Source: a virus (taxonomy: Duplodnaviria; Caudoviricetes). From it: 28,730 nucleotides of DNA. Below the pieces are notes generated by a model that was not told where the DNA came from, did no database searches, and was given only the letters and a program-made list of their open reading frames with translations. Shown in pieces: positions 7,814-16,742 of this stretch (within the stretch, counting starts at the first letter, position 1; each line of letters opens with the position of its first letter). The DNA is taken from the IMG/VR virus record IMGVR_UViG_3300017766_005144, positions 1 through 28,730 of that record. One strand, given 5' to 3'. A program made the position numbers and the translations under genes.

Positions 7814-8719
7814 TCATCCTATGGGCATGATTACGCAGTAGCCGTTGCCGCCATCTCCGCCTTTTCCCGTAGTGTAGGTGCTTCTGGCTCCACCTGCGCC
7901 TCCACCGCCTCCGCCACGGTATCCGTTGCCTCCGTTTCCTCCATTGGCGGCGGTGTTAGTGCCTCCTCCAGCACCTCCCGATCCTACGCTGAACTTGCCG
8001 GCATTCTGAAATGTGCCGTCTGCGCCGTTCATGGAGCCTATGGTGGTCGAGCCTCCGGCGGTTAGCGTGCCTCCTAGGGCTACTCTGGCAGGTGCCATCG
8101 TATTTGCGCTTGATGCTTTTGTAATTGACAATCCTGACGACGCAACATTGCCAGTAGAGATATTGCCGCTTGTCTGTGCGCATCCCGATTGGTTTGTAGC
8201 AACAGGGGTGAGGTTTGTCTGTCCTCCTTGATTGAGGATTATGAAGGACAACACGGATCCAAACGAATTGGTCTGGTTGTACAATGCGGAGGTAAATTGA
8301 AATGCGCCATTCTGCCTGCTGCACAGCATAAGCAACCCTCTGCCCCTGACAGCTATCATAGTCTTGCCGCCATCGCCTCCAGCTGCGCCTGGTTGAATCT
8401 CCGTAAAGGTGTTTGCAGCGATTCCAGCGCCCCCCGCACCTATGAATATGTCGAGGATGGTCCCCTCGCCCCCTATACTCTCGACATCCACTAGCTGGTA
8501 TTGATATTGTCCTGCGCCGCCGCCGTAGCCGTTGCCGGTCGATACTCCGGCACCTGTGACGATCCCGGTGCTTCCACCGCCTCCGCCACTTATGCAGAAG
8601 ATGTAGAGCAGCTTGGCGCCACGAGGAACCACGTAGGATCCGCTGCTGTCGAACTCCACGGTGGGGTATGGAGTGCCTGAGTTGTGGCTACTGGGGAATC
8701 CAAAGAACCCGAAGTTCAT
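7814..8719 (-). CDS. Glycine-rich fibre tip/receptor-binding-like protein, paralog 1
   Basis: 301 aa: MNFGFFGFPS...EFDSSGSYVVP...LYIFCISGGGG; C-terminal GGNGYRGGGG...GGNGYCVIMPIG. ATGA overlap with the upstream gene. Confidence 0.7.
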   Translation of the reverse strand: MNFGFFGFPSSHNSGTPYPTVEFDSSGSYVVPRGAKLLYIFCISGGGGGSTGIVTGAGVSTGNGYGGGAGQYQYQLVDVESIGGEGTILDIFIGAGGAGIAANTFTEIQPGAAGGDGGKTMIAVRGRGLLMLCSRQNGAFQFTSALYNQTNSFGSVLSFIILNQGGQTNLTPVATNQSGCAQTSGNISTGNVASSGLSITKASSANTMAPARVALGGTLTAGGSTTIGSMNGADGTFQNAGKFSVGSGGAGGGTNTAANGGNGGNGYRGGGGGGAGGARSTYTTGKGGDGGNGYCVIMPIG

Positions 8720-9144
8720 AGCAGTCCTGATTCAATGACTACATGGTATGTGGCTCCCAGGTGCGACGACATGTAGAGCGTGGGTGCGTTGGAGGCTGCG
8801 CCTGGAAGTACCAGGCCGACCAGCTCGGATATCTCCGCCCTGAAGCCTACAGCCGTGGTGGACGACGTGATTGACGGTACGGCGCGCTCGCAATAGAGCC
8901 GCTTTGTGGTGCCACCATCGGTGGATATCCAGAAGCGCACTACATTGGCTGTTCCTGCGCCTACAGCATTCACCTCGGTTACTACGACGCGCAGGATGCG
9001 CTTGCCGACGCCTGAGGCAGCTGCGACTGCCGGACCGGAGCACAGCGTAGTCGTGGTGGCAGGTGCAGACCTGCTTGTGTCGGTGCTTGCAACGCTGAAT
9101 ATCTCGACGATGGGCTGGGTTACGTATTGCGCTGCGGTTGCCAT
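8716..9144 (-). CDS. Small beta-sandwich-like virion protein, putative fibre adaptor
   Basis: 142 aa, beta-rich (GKRILRVVV, NVVRFWIS, RLYCE), translationally coupled between the 264-aa fibre and the Gly-rich paralogs. Confidence 0.5.
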   Translation of the reverse strand: MATAAQYVTQPIVEIFSVASTDTSRSAPATTTTLCSGPAVAAASGVGKRILRVVVTEVNAVGAGTANVVRFWISTDGGTTKRLYCERAVPSITSSTTAVGFRAEISELVGLVLPGAASNAPTLYMSSHLGATYHVVIESGLL

Positions 9145-9146
9145 GA

Positions 9147-9941
9147 TTAGATTACTCCGGCTTGGAACAGAAGATAGTGGACATCGGAAGTGGAGGCGCC
9201 TGCAGGTCCTGCTGGCCCGGCGGCTCCAGAGACAGTGGCCCAGTTCAAGGTGGCGTCGTTGCCCGACACGGACGATATGGTCAGCACTTGGTTTGCAGCA
9301 CCTACCGCTGCAGGCAGCGTATATATGTGTGCGTTTGTAAGCGTCGTCGGGGCTCGCAATCCTGCAGTCAGAGACCCTGTATCCCGTAGATACAGTGTCC
9401 TCATGGTGCCTGAGGTCGTAGCCGAGATGCTGTCAGCACTTAATCCAAATGAAAAGGCGAATCCGCTGGTATCGGCGGTGAAAAGCAAGGTGCCAGCGGC
9501 GTCAACTCCATTGTAGACGCTGAGTATTCCGCTGCTGTTTTGAATATACGTATTGTGGCCTGCAGTCGAGCTTCTACCTAGCCGGATTGCGCCTATTCGC
9601 GAACCGCCTCCGCTGGTGGCCTGGGCTATGCGCAAGCCAGAGCCATCCGTACTAGCCAGGACATCCAACGTATCGGTTGTGCTGGATGCACTTACCTTGC
9701 TTTGAAAATCTACAGCTGAGGAGAAGATCTTTAAGCCTGATATGGTCTGCGTAGTCGCCAGCGTGACCAGGTTGCTGGTCAGGTCACTCATCGAGGAAAG
9801 CGACTTTACCGTACCAGAGCTATTCTTGAAGAAGATCTTCTCGTCTACTGTGTTGATGGCAAGTTCACCAGCAGCCAACTGCCCTGCTGTAGGGGCCGCT
9901 GTGGTGGTGGTGCTTCGTTTTAGCAGTACGGTGTGTGCCAT
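9147..9941 (-). CDS. Short fibre protein with Mtd_N-like N-terminal docking domain
   Basis: 264 aa. MAHTVLLKRS...APTAGQLAAGELAIN..DEKIFFK then TLATTQTISGLKIF; YTLPAAVGAANQVL fibre motif; short collagen-like GAAGPAGPAGA near the C-terminus. Confidence 0.75.
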   Translation of the reverse strand: MAHTVLLKRSTTTTAAPTAGQLAAGELAINTVDEKIFFKNSSGTVKSLSSMSDLTSNLVTLATTQTISGLKIFSSAVDFQSKVSASSTTDTLDVLASTDGSGLRIAQATSGGGSRIGAIRLGRSSTAGHNTYIQNSSGILSVYNGVDAAGTLLFTADTSGFAFSFGLSADSISATTSGTMRTLYLRDTGSLTAGLRAPTTLTNAHIYTLPAAVGAANQVLTISSVSGNDATLNWATVSGAAGPAGPAGASTSDVHYLLFQAGVI

Positions 9942-9948
9942 GGCTTAC

Positions 9949-10392
9949 TCAAAAATCGTCTTTGGCTTCGACAAGCTTTGCTCTCGTTGTCCGTGATGCC
10001 TTGGGAGCGGCAGCTGCCTCCAGCTCCTGAGCCCTGGCATAAGCCGACTGCAGCTTGCTTTGCACTTCCTGAAGCTCGTTGCGTGCAGCACTGAGCTCTG
10101 ATTGCAGGCTGTTGATGGCGCCTCTGAGCTTGGAGTTTTCGCTGCTCAGAGTTGCAATTCGGTTGTTGGAGTCCTCCAGTGCGGCTCGGACAACCTGCAG
10201 GTCGGCACCAGCAGCTGCAGAAGTCGAAGCCATATCGGACTTCAGCTTCTGCAGTTCCTCCGTGTTGTGCCTGGCCTTGGTGATCTCCATGTGGAGATTC
10301 GTCTCAAGGATCATGTTGGAGTTGAACAACTCCTGGCACTTACGCTGCAGGACAGGTACGGCTACGATCTCGAAGTAGTTCTGTTCGCTCAT
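9949..10392 (-). CDS. Coiled-coil protein, unknown function (possible fibre chaperone)
   Basis: 147 aa with long heptad-like helices (RIATLSSENSKLRGAINSLQSELSAARNELQEVQSKLQ), located between two fibre genes. Confidence 0.6.
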   Translation of the reverse strand: MSEQNYFEIVAVPVLQRKCQELFNSNMILETNLHMEITKARHNTEELQKLKSDMASTSAAAGADLQVVRAALEDSNNRIATLSSENSKLRGAINSLQSELSAARNELQEVQSKLQSAYARAQELEAAAAPKASRTTRAKLVEAKDDF

Positions 10393-10398
10393 ACCTCG

Positions 10399-10407
10399 AT
10401 ACTACCA
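10399..10407 (-). promoter_or_regulatory. Putative extended -10 TGGTAGTAT, 6 nt upstream of ATG
   Basis: Occupies most of the 15-bp gap and matches the TGnTAnnnT pattern. Confidence 0.45.
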
Positions 10408-12618
10408 TCAGTAGCCACCGCCGTCAACAGTGTTGGTCCAAGTTGGAACACCTGAAGCATTCACCGACAGCAGCTGGCCAGTGCTATTGGTGCTGTCCCA
10501 GGTTCCTGCGGCAGTTACTCCGACAGTGGTGCCTCCGTAGAGAATGCCGTTAGTCGTGAGGCTGGTGACTCCGGTACCACCGCTGCCAACAGCCACCGTG
10601 CCGCTGAGGTAAGTCGTAGTGTCTAGTGACCAGGTGTTTGCTGCTGTCTTCTTGAGGAAGCCGCTTGTTCCTGCCAGCGCTGCAATGGCATCGAGGTCAG
10701 GATCATATGCCTGGACGTTGCTGCCGATGGCCAGGCCAAGGTTGGAGCGGGCCGTACCTGCATCAGTAGCCCCTGTACCGCCGTTGGCGATGGCAACAGT
10801 GCCTGATACGTTTGAGGCAGTTCCGGTGATGCTGCTGTCGGTGAAGGCAAAGGTCTTGGTGGCGCTGCCGTTGTAGAACTTGACGGTGCCGTTGTTGTTC
10901 CAGACGTCGCCAGACGCAGGTGTCGAAGGGTCTGCTGCGGCGCCTGCCAGCAGTATGTTGGCAGTCGAGGAGGATGTCGTGACCGTGGTGATCTTGCCGG
11001 TCATCGTGCCGCCTGAGCGGGCAAGCGCGGCATTGGCCAGGTCATATGCAGACTTTACTGCGGCAGGCGTAGCGGCAGTGGAGGTAGAGGTCGAGCTGGT
11101 CGAGTCGGTCAGCTGCAGGATACCGGTCTGAGAGGTAGATCCGGTACGGACGTCTGCAGTGATTACGTCAGTCACTCTACCGTAGGAATCATATGACGTA
11201 CTCTGTACGAAGCTTATACCTGCAGTGCCGGTATTCGTACTTGTAGCAACTGTCGCCAGGTCGATGCTGTCGGCGTTTACTACGATGCGGGCGGCGCTGG
11301 CCGTGGCCACGTTGATCGTGGTACCTGATTGCGTAAGGCCGTTGCCGGCAGTAATAGCTCCTGCGCCAGAGAACTGCTGCCATATGAGGGGGGTAGTGTC
11401 TAGAGTGACGACCTCTTCCGTCTGTACCCAGCCAGTTGCTTCGTATAGAGTTCCAGTGGTTACGAAGCAGAAATCGCCACCAGCGAAGTCGGCAGCAGTG
11501 TTTCCATCACTGGTTCTGCGTAGCTCACGGGCCCCATATACGTAGTACGTGCCGTTGTATGCTGCACCTAAACCGCTTGCATCTCCTTCGTTTTTTACCA
11601 GCAGCCTGCTTGCAGAGGCTTCGGTGGTGCTGGCCGTAAGAGTGACGCCGTCGGTAAATCCCGCAGCGTTTGCTGCGGTTCCTCCGGTCCATGTTATTGC
11701 CTGAGTACCGGAGCTATAGGATACTGTAACACCAGCAAGAGATCCTAGCCTGGCCGTAGTGGCTGCATCGGCAGTGGCGTGGATGTGCAGGCCTTGGGCG
11801 ACGCTATCGACATACTGCTTGGTGGCAGCATGCAGTGCTGAGCTGGGATCTGAATGCAGTGTTAAAAACCCTGTCAGAGTGTCGCCAGCCTTGTTGACCG
11901 GGGTGTATCCGAGGGCCGACACGACTTCGGCGCTGCCGAGTGCCGACCAGGCTGGAAGCCCTGAGTTTACCTTGAGGAAATGTCCGTTGGTGCCTATGCC
12001 TACCTTCGTGAGGTTGGTGGTGCTGCTGGCACTGTTGTAGGTGAGCAAGTCTCCGTTCGTATATGTAGTCTGGCCAGTGCCGCCGTTGGCGATGGCGACG
12101 GTACCTACTGCGAACAAAGCGCTATCGGCGTGAGTAGGGTCGTCGTTGGTAACCGTGACCGTAAGGGGCCCGGAGGTGCGGAACTTGAACGTATCGCTGG
12201 CTGTGTCAGCAACTGCCGTATTGGTGCCGTCAGTGAACGACGTGAAGGAATTGTTGGAGGATAAGGTGGTCCACTGCACTGCACCAGTTGTGCCGTTGGC
12301 GGTGAGCACCTGGCCGTTGCTTGAAGCTCCGGTAAGAATGAAATCGCCGACTGGAACAGTGAGATCCGCGCCGCCGGACAGGGTGGCGCCGCCGGTGAAG
12401 GTCTTGGTGCCGCTGATCGTCTGAGTGGTGTCAAGCGTGGCAAAGGCGCCTGAGCCGCCGATCTTGATCACGGAGCTGGAGGCTGAGCTGTTGCCACCCT
12501 TTCCGTAATACAGGATGTCGTTGTTCTCGTTGAGAGCCAACTCACCGTTCACTGCCTGTGAAGTGCTGGGAGCTGTCGAGTCGCTGGACCTACGCTTGAT
12601 GCGAATTGTGTTTGCCAT
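10408..12618 (-). CDS. Long fibre protein with Mtd_N-like N-terminus and C-terminal DGGGY
   Basis: 736 aa, Thr/Ser/Gly/Ala-rich. [11 protein letters not shown]...NGELALNE; three VA(I/V)xxGGTG repeats; HAATKQYVD; [30 protein letters not shown] (phage tail-fibre repeat); ends VDGGGY. Confidence 0.85.
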   Translation of the reverse strand: MANTIRIKRRSSDSTAPSTSQAVNGELALNENNDILYYGKGGNSSASSSVIKIGGSGAFATLDTTQTISGTKTFTGGATLSGGADLTVPVGDFILTGASSNGQVLTANGTTGAVQWTTLSSNNSFTSFTDGTNTAVADTASDTFKFRTSGPLTVTVTNDDPTHADSALFAVGTVAIANGGTGQTTYTNGDLLTYNSASSTTNLTKVGIGTNGHFLKVNSGLPAWSALGSAEVVSALGYTPVNKAGDTLTGFLTLHSDPSSALHAATKQYVDSVAQGLHIHATADAATTARLGSLAGVTVSYSSGTQAITWTGGTAANAAGFTDGVTLTASTTEASASRLLVKNEGDASGLGAAYNGTYYVYGARELRRTSDGNTAADFAGGDFCFVTTGTLYEATGWVQTEEVVTLDTTPLIWQQFSGAGAITAGNGLTQSGTTINVATASAARIVVNADSIDLATVATSTNTGTAGISFVQSTSYDSYGRVTDVITADVRTGSTSQTGILQLTDSTSSTSTSTAATPAAVKSAYDLANAALARSGGTMTGKITTVTTSSSTANILLAGAAADPSTPASGDVWNNNGTVKFYNGSATKTFAFTDSSITGTASNVSGTVAIANGGTGATDAGTARSNLGLAIGSNVQAYDPDLDAIAALAGTSGFLKKTAANTWSLDTTTYLSGTVAVGSGGTGVTSLTTNGILYGGTTVGVTAAGTWDSTNSTGQLLSVNASGVPTWTNTVDGGGY

Positions 12619-12644
12619 ATTTAATTCCTACTAATTACAGGGCT

Positions 12645-12653
12645 ACTATACCA
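12645..12653 (-). promoter_or_regulatory. Putative extended -10 TGGTATAGT
   Basis: Intergenic, upstream of the AGGA SD of the long fibre gene, and abutting a perfect 12-bp palindrome CAAAGGCCTTTG (12652-12663). Confidence 0.55.
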
Positions 12654-12664
12654 AAGGCCTTTGC

Positions 12665-13738
12665 TCAATACAAACCACCGTCGAGTATGTCGGATGTGCT
12701 TGGCGCAACCGGATTTATTATCGTGGTGGTGCTTACTGTCGGTTTTGTCTGCTCCTTGACCACGGTGATCGGAGGAGTCTTGTCCTTGTCTGCCGGAGTC
12801 GTACTGGCTTGAAGCAGGCCTATGAAGGGATTGTCGGCGCCTTCGACGACTCCTGCTGCATCAGCCGTCTCAGGCTGCTCGGCGATGATGATCGGAGCCG
12901 AGTACACGTTTGCAGCCTGTGAGTCGATGGGCAGTGCAAAATCCCTAAGGCTGGATACGATCAGCGACACGGTATCTGCAAGCGGCAGCTCCCGCAGCTC
13001 AACCTGGGCAGCCACCGGTTCAAGGGAATACCTGCTTATGATGCTGTACTTCTTGATCTCGTATGCCCGGCTCGTGTCCTTCTCAAGCCAGATGTCTTTT
13101 GCATCTGCCGTAGGAAAGGCCAGGCACCGTGCCTCAAATGCGCGCAGATCGGCTGAACCGACTTCTGAGATCTGGGCTTGACTCATTTCCGCAGACGAGA
13201 TAAGTATAGGAAAATCGACTCCCGGAAAATAACCGTCCTTGAATCCGGTACCTGCGCAGGAAACGCATGAGTTGGCCACGAGAGTATTAGTGTTCTTGTC
13301 TGTGCAGACGCATGCCGGACCGTAGTAGCGGCGCTTGAACAAGTAGCCGGAAACCCCGCCACGGTCTTTTCTCAGTGCCAGAGATTCCTTGCGCAGCAGC
13401 TCCCTCAGCACGCCTATGTTCTTCTTGTCTACGTTGCCGTCATAGCCTTTTGTAGACGAGAAGTAGGATCCGCCAGGAGTGATAAGCTTTACACGGTAAT
13501 AGGCGGAGCCGGAGTATCCTGCCGTCCTGAACACATTGTCCCGCAGGTAGGAGACCTTGTCGCCAAGGGCGATGATCTCGTACTCATTCGAGTTGAATCC
13601 TGTGGACGACGGAGAGAAATGCAGTTCGAAGCTGTGCGGATACGGATCGTCGAAACGCGAGTCAAGCACCCAGCTTACGGCCGTTCTACCCAGTCCGTCA
13701 TAGAAGATACGAATGTCCTTGAATGGATTTGCAGCCAA
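12665..13738 (-). CDS. Putative neck/head-closure protein with Zn-finger and low-complexity C-terminal extension
   Basis: 357 aa, TTG start with AAGGAG SD. N-terminal FnIII-like strand pattern (YYRVKLITP), CVC...CVSCAGTGFKDGY zinc-binding motif and a head-closure-like core (DIWLE...RAYEI). The ~90-aa Pro/Thr/Ala-rich tail ends LDGGLY. Confidence 0.6.
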   Translation of the reverse strand: MAANPFKDIRIFYDGLGRTAVSWVLDSRFDDPYPHSFELHFSPSSTGFNSNEYEIIALGDKVSYLRDNVFRTAGYSGSAYYRVKLITPGGSYFSSTKGYDGNVDKKNIGVLRELLRKESLALRKDRGGVSGYLFKRRYYGPACVCTDKNTNTLVANSCVSCAGTGFKDGYFPGVDFPILISSAEMSQAQISEVGSADLRAFEARCLAFPTADAKDIWLEKDTSRAYEIKKYSIISRYSLEPVAAQVELRELPLADTVSLIVSSLRDFALPIDSQAANVYSAPIIIAEQPETADAAGVVEGADNPFIGLLQASTTPADKDKTPPITVVKEQTKPTVSTTTIINPVAPSTSDILDGGLY

Positions 13739-13749
13739 GGCAGGCTCCT

Positions 13750-14607
13750 TTAGACGGAATCATATGGACCTGGCAGCCACAGGAATCCACCCATGACGTT
13801 TGCCTCGAACTTACGCTCGGCGCAGAACTGTACGAACTTGGCCTCCTCCTGCTCGGCAAGCTGCAGGTAGGCAGGGCCCTTGTTCTTGTCGTTCACGCTC
13901 AAACCGCCCGAGCTGTATGGCAGGTCGTTGCGAAGATAGGCACGGCCGGCCATCTTGAACAGCTCGCCTATGGTTGCATTGAGGTGCGCATAGCGCCAAG
14001 GAAAGTTGTGAATGTCGTACTGCCCTACGTCAGGCAGCATGGAGTTCCATCTGTCTACTGGGCGGGTCATTGCGTACGCTATCTCGTTGTCAGAGAACTC
14101 GACGTCGTTCAACAGGGTGTTGACCTCGGGGTAGTCCCTGAGTGCGAAGCGCACCTCTGCCACTGTTATGGGCCGGCCTGTGGATATCAGCTTCGGAGTT
14201 ATCTCCAGATACCTGGGAATCTGGTAGATGAGCTCTCCGTCGAGGTTGTATATCTCGATTGCGGAAAGATGCAGCCCTGGAACAGTCAGCACCTCGGCCG
14301 GAATGTAGACATCTATCTCGCCGAAGTCTGCCCGGGTTACCGTGCAGTCGATCTCCGTGTAGCTGCTGTTAAACAGGGAATCCTTGATAGTGTACTTCAA
14401 GGTCATGTCCACGAGGTTCATCGGATTGTTGTCCGGAGTCGTGATCACGGTCGAGAAGAACGAAGATCCTCTTTCTGGAATCTGGTCTACAGGAAGATTG
14501 TTTGCCTTTGACTTGTACGGGCTGGCAGGTAGCTTGTGCCTCGTAGCTCCTACGACCACAGCTACGGGACCCAACAGTATGTTGCTTTGAGTTGAGTATT
14601 GCGTCAT
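13750..14607 (-). CDS. Putative head-tail adaptor (neck) protein with N-terminal Ig-like domain
   Basis: 285 aa. BppU-like Ig pattern (PMNLVDMTLKYTIKD...GEIDVYIP...PGLHLSAIEI) followed by a helical adaptor-like region (TVAEVRFALRD...FSDNEI...YSSGGLSV). Lies downstream of the MCP. Confidence 0.62.
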   Translation of the reverse strand: MTQYSTQSNILLGPVAVVVGATRHKLPASPYKSKANNLPVDQIPERGSSFFSTVITTPDNNPMNLVDMTLKYTIKDSLFNSSYTEIDCTVTRADFGEIDVYIPAEVLTVPGLHLSAIEIYNLDGELIYQIPRYLEITPKLISTGRPITVAEVRFALRDYPEVNTLLNDVEFSDNEIAYAMTRPVDRWNSMLPDVGQYDIHNFPWRYAHLNATIGELFKMAGRAYLRNDLPYSSGGLSVNDKNKGPAYLQLAEQEEAKFVQFCAERKFEANVMGGFLWLPGPYDSV

Positions 14608-15194
14608 CAGTAGAGCACCACTTGGTTAGGTACCGTGGGTCCGGTATACGTGGCAACCGATACCGCAGAGGATAGCACGGGATCCTGTATGTCGGCGTTG
14701 TAGAAGAATCCGTCCCAGTACAGGCCTTCGAGCAGGTTCGGAGTCGACGTCTTGAGCGACGTGGATATCCTTCCTGTTTCTAGGTTTATCGACTCGCCGG
14801 TCTCGAATCCACCTACCTGAGCATATACGTAGCCGTACAGTTCGCCCTTGAATACGGTTGTCTGGCCGGAAGTACGGGTTGTCTCATAGGTATTCAGCTT
14901 GGCCTTAGGCACAAACACCATTATGTTCGTTGATGTGATGGCAAAGCGCGCTGGGTCTCCGTTTGGATTGGAGACTGCGTCGTAGGCCTCGTTGTTGACC
15001 TCTTCTATGAGCGCATTTGGATTCGGGCTGTTTAGCGGCCCGATCAGCCGAGCGTCGTAGAGCTTGAATACAAGCTTCTTGAAGTCAGCAGGATATACGT
15101 TATGAAAATAACGTTCCGTAGAAAAGGACATGAAGAAGTCCTTCCCTACGGGAATAGTGGTAAATACCGTATTGCTAGCGTTTCCTGCAGGCAT
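14607..15194 (-). CDS. Hypothetical protein, probably virion-associated
   Basis: 195 aa, TGATG-coupled to the adaptor gene. No recognisable motif. Confidence 0.55.
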   Translation of the reverse strand: MPAGNASNTVFTTIPVGKDFFMSFSTERYFHNVYPADFKKLVFKLYDARLIGPLNSPNPNALIEEVNNEAYDAVSNPNGDPARFAITSTNIMVFVPKAKLNTYETTRTSGQTTVFKGELYGYVYAQVGGFETGESINLETGRISTSLKTSTPNLLEGLYWDGFFYNADIQDPVLSSAVSVATYTGPTVPNQVVLY

Positions 15195-15208
15195 GGTAGA
15201 TTTTCATC

Positions 15209-15217
15209 ATTATACCA
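15209..15217 (-). promoter_or_regulatory. Extended -10 promoter TGGTATAAT
   Basis: Perfect TGnTATAAT in a 41-bp intergenic gap, with no recognisable -35. Confidence 0.65.
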
Positions 15218-15235
15218 TCCTGTGGGCTTGAAGGC

Positions 15236-16222
15236 TCAGTGAGGCTGGTTGATAGTTAGCTCGACTGTAAAGCCGTTGTTATCGTTGCTGGTGGTGTCGA
15301 ATAGCGATATGCAACGGAATGGGGCTGTGCCTTGCGAGCTGTCGAGATCCTGCTCGAATACAAACGGACTTGCCGTCAGTACGTGCTTTGCCACAGCCGG
15401 AAAGCTCTTCTTATTTGTGATTAGGAATCTAGCGGGATCCGGCGCAGGAATTACGCCGGCTTTATTGGCGGAGGGGTAGCTCGTATTGACCGGGTAGCTT
15501 AGAGTCGCTTCCCATTTGCCCGTGCATACGACCTTGAATGAAGGTTGATCTCCGCCGAGCCACACTAGGTTAGTAGGTGCTGCCGCTGTTCCGTCAAAAA
15601 ACGCAAGATCGTTTTTATCCCACGACGACTTGGCTGTTTCATTGCCCAGGACGGCATTATTACCGCTGGCCGCGATACCTACGCTAAAATCAACATAGGC
15701 TACGTAAGGCCCGTTCTTGCTTCGAACAGCCGTAATTGTTGGCGAAGCTATGGAGTCCACTGTCTGCAGATTGGAAGTTCCTCTGCCAGACACGATTGTA
15801 AAACTATCTCCAGGCTGAATGAAGAAGTTATTTGTAGCTCCGGATCTGCCGCCGTTGCCAACTAAAGGCTTGATATCCTTCAGCGTCGCCGTGTACATCA
15901 CATGTATGTTTGGCCCGGTGTCAGAGGAGTTTGCGTATACAGAGTTTCCACGCATAAACCAGTAGGAGTCTGCGTCGCTCAGGTACACGTTTGGAGCTAC
16001 CAGCAATGCGTTGGCAGATCCCTTTGTCGTCACAAGGCCTTCTATCTTCTGGGCTGCTGCAGGCCACCCTGGAGTCTCGAAAAACACAGTTACAGCTCTG
16101 CCTGCCTCCAGGACAGGGTGGGCAAGATTACCGCCTGAGTAGGATGCCGGGCCGGCAAGAGACTCAACGTTTTTAACATCCAGGTGCAGAGACCTGCATA
16201 CAGGACCTTGATAGAAATTCAC
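15236..16222 (-). CDS. Hypothetical beta-rich protein, possibly virion surface protein
   Basis: 328 aa, GTG start with AAGGGAG SD, between the MCP and neck genes. Confidence 0.55.
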   Translation of the reverse strand: MNFYQGPVCRSLHLDVKNVESLAGPASYSGGNLAHPVLEAGRAVTVFFETPGWPAAAQKIEGLVTTKGSANALLVAPNVYLSDADSYWFMRGNSVYANSSDTGPNIHVMYTATLKDIKPLVGNGGRSGATNNFFIQPGDSFTIVSGRGTSNLQTVDSIASPTITAVRSKNGPYVAYVDFSVGIAASGNNAVLGNETAKSSWDKNDLAFFDGTAAAPTNLVWLGGDQPSFKVVCTGKWEATLSYPVNTSYPSANKAGVIPAPDPARFLITNKKSFPAVAKHVLTASPFVFEQDLDSSQGTAPFRCISLFDTTSNDNNGFTVELTINQPH

Positions 16223-16237
16223 TTGTGCTCCCTTTTA

Positions 16238-16645
16238 TTAGGAGACGACGTTGAGGAAGTTGAGTAGCTCGTCATCAGATACAGCCGAGATGCTGTCTGC
16301 TGAAGCCGCCTTGTTCATCTCACCTGACGGGATGCCTGCTGCGTCGAGGCTTGCATCGAGTGCGTAGTTCATGGAAGCGAGGGAGAGCTTGATCTGGCCT
16401 TCGCTGGCATGCTTGACGTTGAGGTTGGTGACGATGCTGTCGACGAGAGTATCGATCGATACGCCGGAGGAGACCAAGGAAGCAAACTTGCCGTTGAGCT
16501 GAAGAGCGTGGGCGAGGTCAGTCTCGTTCTCGAACTGAAGACCCAGCTCAGCGCAGGTCTTTACGAACTCTGGAACATACTGAGCGTTGACGATGTTCTG
16601 AAGGGCTGCGATCTTGGTGTGCTCGTTGTTAGCGGTGTCTGCCAT
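16238..16645 (-). CDS. Hypothetical head-associated protein (K-x-A rich)
   Basis: 135 aa with AAGGA SD, immediately after the MCP. 4 of 6 Lys are in K-x-A. Confidence 0.55.
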   Translation of the reverse strand: MADTANNEHTKIAALQNIVNAQYVPEFVKTCAELGLQFENETDLAHALQLNGKFASLVSSGVSIDTLVDSIVTNLNVKHASEGQIKLSLASMNYALDASLDAAGIPSGEMNKAASADSISAVSDDELLNFLNVVS

Positions 16646-16695
16646 TTGCGATTCCTTTTGAAGGTATTTTGCGCCTGAAAGATTGTCTTTGAAAT

Positions 16696-16723
16696 CCTAT
16701 AGGGGGATTTCTCCCCCTATAGG
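16696..16723 (-). terminator. Hairpin (terminator/mRNA-stabilising) after major capsid gene
   Basis: Minus strand CCTATAGGGGGA-GAAA-TCCCCCTATAGG: perfect 12-bp stem with a GNRA loop, followed by only a weak ATTTC tail. Confidence 0.75.
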
Positions 16724-16742
16724 TCGATTTATATAGTCTGAA

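Noticed and set aside
5951-7933. Diversity-generating retroelement TR/VR pair or CRISPR repeats
   Set aside because: The repeats are in-frame coding ends of paralogs, mismatches are mostly synonymous and not adenine-specific, spacing is about 1 kb, and no reverse transcriptase or cas gene is present.
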